From contig OX597817.1 in the NCBI GenBank assembly GCA_951406725.2, forward strand, positions 169,632,001 to 169,696,000: a stretch of 64,000 nucleotides of DNA, written 5' to 3'. The notes beneath the pieces are model-generated. The model did no database searches, was not told the DNA's origin, and saw nothing but the letters and a program-made list of their open reading frames with translations. This DNA comes from Octopus vulgaris (lineage: Eukaryota). Position numbers and translations under genes: made by a program. Below are positions 62,901-64,000 of the stretch, piece by piece; position 1 is the stretch's first letter, and the number at the start of each line of letters is the position of its first letter.

Positions 62901-63084
62901 ATTTCTTCTTTTGCTGGTGTCTCAAATTTAGATTAAATCAGTGTTTCTCAAAGGGGAGGCCTATGGGATGGTCAAACAAGTTGTTTTGAGAAAATTTGGT
63001 TTAAATGTTTGACAACTCAGCACCGTCCATTGGACGGGGGGCATTTTGCTCGTATGTATATATATATATATATAAAATATATAT

Positions 63085-63762
63085 ATGTGCCGGTGGCACA
63101 TAAAATGCACCATCCGAGTGTGGCCGACGCCAGCACCGCCTCGACTGGCTTCTGTGCCGGTGGCACATAAAAAGCACCAACCGATTGTGGGATCCCAGAA
63201 CATCTCGCTGTGCTTGAGGAGACCTGTTGAGTCAAGTGCATGTACATGAACATCGAACCAAATATCAATGGAAACAGTAGTTGTGATACCTGTGCCGGTG
63301 ACACATAAAAAGCACCATCCGAACGTGGCCGTTGCCAGTGCAGCCTCCACTGGCTTCTGTGCCGGTGGCACATAAAAAGCACCATCCGAACGTGACCGAT
63401 GCCAACCCTGCCTCGAATGGCTTCTGTGCCGGTGGCACATAAAAAGCACCATCCGAACATGGCCGATGCCAGCACCGCCTTGACTGGCTTCTGTGCCAGT
63501 GGCACATAAAAAAAAAAAAAAGCACCAATCGATCGTGGCCGATGCTAGACCCCTCTGGCACCTGTGCAGGTGGCACGTAAAAAGCACCCACTACACTCGC
63601 GGAGTGGTTGGCGTTAGGAAGGGCATCCAGCTGTAGAAACACTGCCAGATCAGACTGGATCCTGGGGCAGCCCCTGGCTCCCCAGACCCTGGTCGAACCG
63701 TCCAACCCGTGCTAGCGCGGAAAACGGACATTAAACGATGATGATGATGAGGATGATGATGA
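63085..63762 (+). mobile_element. RTE 3' end (family B) with several internal repeats
   Basis: Repeated gtgccggtggcacataaaaagcacc; (gat)n tail. Confidence 0.8.
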
Positions 63763-63773
63763 TCACAGTCTTA

Positions 63774-64000
63774 GTGAAGGCGCATGGCTCAGTGGTAAGA
63801 GCCTCGAGCTTATGACCGTGAGGTTGTGAGTTTGAATCCCGGATCGGGCTGCATGTTGTGTTCTTGAGCAAGACACTTTATTTCACGTTGCTCCAGTTCA
63901 CTCAGCTGTAGAAATGAGTTGCAACGTCACTGATGCCAAGCTGTATCGGCCTTTGCCTTTCCCTTGGATGACATTGGTGGCATGGAGAAAGGAGGCTGAT
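63774..64000 (+). mobile_element. SINE family E (cut by the window edge)
   Basis: Homologous to the 34182 copy. Confidence 0.8.

Overview
AT-rich, microsatellite-saturated eukaryotic DNA. The repeat landscape (tRNA-headed SINE families, RTE 3' ends with (GAT)n tails, (TA)n/(CA)n runs) suggests an octopus/coleoid cephalopod genome; that is an inference, not a database match. Almost all ORFs in the supplied track are microsatellite or repeat artefacts. The real coding signal is the 3' part of a minus-strand spliced gene: phase-0 exons at 43653-43841, 40751-40987 and terminal exon 32384-32566, plus a probable 26-nt micro-exon at 61652-61677. It encodes a disordered C-terminus with LC8-type TQT motifs. 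A second minus-strand ORF may start at 183 and run off the window. The rest is transposon debris: Tc1/mariner (maT-like), MULE, Helitron, piggyBac-type and hAT-type MITEs, a solo LTR, and RTE, R4/Dong, L1/Tx1 and Penelope-like relics. The most striking signals are two. First, many unrelated large palindromic elements sit in (TA)n tracts, several carrying minimal type-I hammerhead ribozyme cores on one or both arms (including U3-A8 compensatory variants and a perfect 132-bp palindrome in the gene's last intron), consistent with non-autonomous Penelope-like pLTR insertions. Second, a 48-copy 35-bp satellite with 595-bp higher-order structure has apparently grown out of the left terminal repeat of a Mutator-like element. 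Repeat boundaries were read by eye and are approximate to a few bases unless junction motifs are quoted.
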